Of a stretch of 41,271 nucleotides of DNA, positions 38,069 through 41,271 are shown piece after piece. The notes below the pieces were generated by a model that was not told the origin of the DNA, ran no database searches, and worked only from the letters and a program-made list of their open reading frames with translations. Both the position numbers and the translations under genes were made by a program. How positions within the stretch are numbered: position 1 is the stretch's first letter; each line of letters starts with the position of its first letter. The stretch covers positions 1 to 41,271 of the forward strand of contig JBKHIT010000044.1 in the NCBI GenBank assembly GCA_046538485.1, written 5' to 3'. Source of the DNA: Candidatus Brocadiia bacterium (GTDB lineage: Bacteria > Planctomycetota > Brocadiia > SM23-32).

Positions 38069-38100
38069 TTGACAAACTCGGGGGGGGGATACACTATGCT
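38069..38100 (+). promoter_or_regulatory. Putative sigma70 promoter with a G9 tract in the spacer
   Basis: TTGACA 38069-38074; G9 38080-38088; TACACT at 15 bp or TATGCT at 20 bp spacing. Confidence 0.5.
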
Positions 38101-38150
38101 GGTAGCATAGGTGAAAGTGGCAAACAATTACATCTGGGGGGGGACGACCG

Positions 38151-38591
38151 ATGAGGCGCAAGCCAATCCGTAGTGCTGTGGCGGGGATGTTCGTTCTGGC
38201 GGTGGCTTCGCTCGTTGCTTACGCCACTATGCCGGATGAATCGGGCGGAGGAACCGACACCGACGATGTGCAGGTTACCACAGAGCGGCAGTTCCAATCG
38301 GGAGGTCCGCCCAACAATCCGTGGTCAACACTCCTGCAGCTCAATCTCGCTGAAGACCCCAATGGCACGTGCGGGGAGGGGTACGCCTCCGGCACCGGCT
38401 ACAAAGGCACCCCGCAGTGGGTCAACCACACCATCGACCTGACCGGGTACGAAGACCGCTACGTCAAGATCCGGTTCGCCTTCGACACCGGGGACGCTCT
38501 ATATAACAACCACGCGGGCTCGTGGGTCAAGAATGTGCAGTTGGACGGGGAGTACATCGAGAACTGGGTGGTGCTATGCTGCAGTGGATAG
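38151..38591 (+). CDS. Small secreted protein, possibly a partial beta-sandwich domain
   Basis: Signal peptide; WVNHTIDLTGYEDRYVKIRFAFDTGD...GSWVKNVQL resembles the C-terminal half of MAM/immune inhibitor A-type jelly rolls. Confidence 0.5.
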   Translation: MRRKPIRSAVAGMFVLAVASLVAYATMPDESGGGTDTDDVQVTTERQFQSGGPPNNPWSTLLQLNLAEDPNGTCGEGYASGTGYKGTPQWVNHTIDLTGYEDRYVKIRFAFDTGDALYNNHAGSWVKNVQLDGEYIENWVVLCCSG

Positions 38592-39380
38592 CGATAACAA
38601 CACTTGGCATCGTACTTGTGGTTATGAATCTTATACTCGGGATAAGAGAAAAAGGCCCCAAAAGGCGGCGCAACAGATTCATCATCGCGGCCTGCTCCCT
38701 GATCCCTACGGGATTGGGGTTGTGGAACATGGCGACTTACACGCCTCGGCCCACGAGCATGGAGAAACTCGAAAAAAGCGCCCGAGAATCCTTGCGAAGA
38801 GTCGAGAAAGCGCAAAAAAGGCTCGAAAAAGCTGTGGGGGAAGACCTGAGGTCCGAGAATGAGGGGCCGGATCTGTCGGCCCGAGAGGAAGAATTCTTGA
38901 CCGAAGTAATCGTGGGCGATACGGGCAGGATTCGTGCTATGCTTCAGGAAACCCCCGAACTGGTAAAGCTCCGTGAGTTGCATCTGGATACCCCCCTGCA
39001 CTCAGCCGTGAATGCAGGCCTGAAGGAGCGGGAGGCTATTGCCACCATAAGGGTGCTATTGGAACACGGGGCAGCTGTTGATACAAAGAATGTGCGCCAA
39101 GAGACAGCACTGCACCGTGCGGCCTTTGAGGGTAAGCCGGGCGTCTGTTCTGCACTTCTGAAGGCGGGGGCAAACCCGAACTCGCGGGATCAGAACGGAA
39201 TGACACCCTTACATGCCGCTGCTTTAGAAGGACAGTTGGAGGTGTGCCGGGTCTTGCTGGGGGGGGCGGGCAGACCCCAACCTGGAAGCATTAGACGAAA
39301 CGCCGTTAGAAATGGCCAAGAGCCGTGGGCATAACAAGATAGTGGCGATGCTTCAAGAGCACACTGCAGTGGAAAAGTGA
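38576..39380 (+). pseudogene. Membrane-anchored ankyrin repeat protein, frameshifted at a G8 tract
   Basis: Two N-terminal TM segments; TPLHSAV, TALHRAA, TPLHAAA; after G8 (39259-39266) the ankyrin sequence ADPNLEALDETPLEMAKSRGHNKIVAML continues in the +1 frame to TGA at 39380. Confidence 0.8.
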
Positions 39381-39448
39381 AGGCATGGGTTTTACTTGAT
39401 GTTCAGCAACGCAGGCTTCGCACGGACTCCTGAGACGAAGGTTTCCCA

Positions 39449-39841
39449 GTGCAGGACAGATTGGCGTCCATATTAAAAGTATCTGCCGTGGGTATCCTAT
39501 GCCTTCTGGTTGGCATGGGAGCCGGAGCTTACTGGGGAGTAACCCATGTCAAAAAACAACAACGGCTGCGAGAACAGGAGGTCCAAAACGCTCCTGTGGA
39601 TTGGGTGGAGGAAGCTCGAAAAGAAATGAGGGCAGGCAACTTAAAACAGGCAATCTCATGCTATCAACGAGTCCTGAACTGCGAACCATCGCGCCGAAAG
39701 ATATTTGTCGAAGCCGAGAATGAGTTGCGAGCAGCACGGCGGGTTCTGGAAATGTCACAGGAGTTGCAAGCGGCAGATCAAAATAATGGTGGCACTTCCG
39801 AAACCGGTCATTGGGAAACGCCTGGGGCCAACAAACAATGA
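39449..39841 (+). CDS. Small membrane-anchored TPR-like protein
   Basis: N-terminal TM; WVEEARKEMRAGNLKQAISCYQRVLNCEP matches the TPR pattern. Confidence 0.6.
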   Translation: MQDRLASILKVSAVGILCLLVGMGAGAYWGVTHVKKQQRLREQEVQNAPVDWVEEARKEMRAGNLKQAISCYQRVLNCEPSRRKIFVEAENELRAARRVLEMSQELQAADQNNGGTSETGHWETPGANKQ

Positions 39842-39844
39842 GGT

Positions 39845-40115
39845 TTATTCAGCCAGGTATCTACGGTAGCGGCTGAGTTCTTGTAGTTGCGATAACTTGA
39901 GCCGTCTCTTTGGCCTTACGCTCGCCCCGGTGGCTGCGCCCACTCGTTCTGCCCCCTGCATGGACGCGGTATTCGGCGGTCAAGTGCTCTGCAAAAAGGC
40001 GATGCTGAACGGCCTTGCGGCCGAAGATGCTCAGGCAGGCGGGATTACCCATGGCAATCGCCAACCTCTCATACACGAATGACTTCCAGTAGTTCGTATC
40101 GACCTCCACGTGCCG
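39845..40115 (-). pseudogene. Probable phage terminase large subunit (GpA-like) C-terminal remnant with internal deletion
   Basis: RHVEVDTNYWKSFVYERLAIAMGNPACLSIFG...HRLFAEHLTAEYRV then, in another frame, ASMQGA...RRLKLSQLQ; recalled similarity to Planctomycete prophage terminases, not searched. Confidence 0.55.
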
Positions 40116-40373
40116 CAGTGGGGTTGAGGAGGAGGAGCAAACTACAAGATGGCAACGGAGATATGGGAAGAAACGGGGTGCGCCCCCCTGCCGACTGTAC
40201 CGGGTGACTGCACGAACTACCCGACATGGCCGGGGAGCCGTTTGCGTTGATCAGAAATATTGGCACAGTCAGCGCTTAGCATGGCCAGAAAAAAGTTTTT
40301 ACCCCACAATTGCAGGTTGAATCCTTAAGCACGCCGAGACAAGCCCGGCAGATTTGTAAGCGGGTCCGAACCC

Positions 40374-40521
40374 GGGAGCGGACTGGACTTCAGCCGGAGG
40401 CTGGAGTTCAGAACCCGGCAAAGAAAACCGCATAGCACGCAGTACAAAGACCAACAACGAACGGCAGGTCCGCCTCAAGTCCAGTTTCGCCCGCCGGGGC
40501 AGGCTCAGCTGAACTCGAGTC
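40374..40521 (-). repeat. REP-like family C cluster, inverted relative to 13000-13205
   Basis: GGAGCGGACTGGACTTCAGCCGGAGGCTGGAGTTCAG and GTCCGCCTCAAGTCCAGTTTCGCCCGCCGG match reverse complements of 13167-13205 and 13069-13113. Confidence 0.85.
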
Positions 40522-40731
40522 TGCAGGATACGCGCTCGAGAAGCGGGGCTGCAAGAAGCCATTTGCGCTGATTGGAAGTCTTTTGGCAGCGGAGGTTTAA
40601 CCGGAGGCAGAAAAACTCTTTACCCCCAAAAACCTGCTCTCAGCGGCGCTGAGCACCGTGTTGGACCGCAGCAGGCCGATTTTTACCCCGGAACCTCCAA
40701 AATGAAAGTGTGCGGTATCCAACGTTTTCCG

Positions 40732-40938
40732 GAACGACACAGCGGTGAGTAAAACGCGCCTCCGGCCCGTTTTAACACACCGCAATCCAGAGCGCGCCGT
40801 TGGCGCGCGGGGCACCTCACCGGCCGGTACCGCCGGCATCCCGGGGTTGCGGGAAATGTCTCGTGCCGCAGTACGCAACAAAAATCAACGTATGTATGGT
40901 GGTACCCTGCCAGCGCGTCGCGCTGGCTTTGGAGTGCG
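40732..40938 (-). repeat. Family A element A7 (inverted, spacer type Z)
   Basis: GAACGACACAGCGGTGAGTAAAACGCGCC...GTTTTAACACACCGCA ... GGCTTTGGAGTGCG; spacer similar to A1. Confidence 0.88.
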
Positions 40939-41121
40939 CGCGACCGCGAGTCGCGGTAGACTACATCGGGGTGCTGCAGGGTCCTTAGTAGGCTCTGCCG
41001 GTGAAACTGATATTTCCGGAAATTGAATCCCCCACGGGGGGCGCCGCTTTTAATTTGTCAGTGCCACCGTTTCGGAACGCGTTCTATTTTTCGTCCCAGG
41101 ACCAGGAACTCCGGCGGCTGA

Positions 41122-41271
41122 CGGCGCCTTCGCACGGCGCTACACTCTGAGGCACTCTTTCGGAGTCCACAAAAGCCCCTGAAGAGACTCACTACGAACC
41201 TGACGCTGGTTTCGGTGCTTGCGTTAACTCCGGGAACGCACAAATCACTGAAACGTGCTCGTAGTCGACCG
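41122..41271. repeat. Possible GTAG-type REP half-sites at the window edge
   Basis: GCGCC-TTCGCAC-GGCGC-TACA, CACTACGAAC and terminal TCGTAGT; single copies only. Confidence 0.3.

Noticed and set aside
1..41271. tRNA, rRNA or FMN riboswitch
   Set aside because: No cloverleaf or rRNA-like sequence recognised; ribBA is translationally coupled to the upstream gene, leaving no leader. A covariance search was not run.

Overview
Bacterial genomic DNA with roughly 55-60% GC by eye; gene content suggests Planctomycetota/PVC (inference). Positions 325-18089 (minus strand) hold a type IV pilus / T2SS-like cluster: pilB-pilT-pilB-pilC followed by prepilin-type genes in G-G-H-I-J-K order. A REP-associated tyrosine transposase (RAYT, HUH-Y1) sits between J and K. 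Most pilin intergenic gaps are filled with mosaic palindromic repeat modules (three REP-like families A, B, C plus a boundary motif D). The most unusual observations: (i) each in-operon module carries an RBS+ATG and an open frame that usually ends at the next start codon, and most indels between copies preserve frame; (ii) near-identical ~340 bp direct repeats bracket RAYT plus five pilins; (iii) the modules show swapped spacers, and two different pilins share an identical 5' end. Positions 18277-37813 are mostly ordinary genes (DUF58, epimerase, ribBA, FAD oxidoreductase, Ser/Thr kinase, acidic HTH membrane protein, sugar isomerase, GT-C glycosyltransferase, MscK-like channel, thrC, glycoside hydrolase). 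Positions 38069-41271 are a small accessory patch with a poly-G promoter, a frameshifted ankyrin gene, a TPR-like protein, a probable terminase remnant and another REP cluster. All assignments come from motif recognition by eye; no searches were run.
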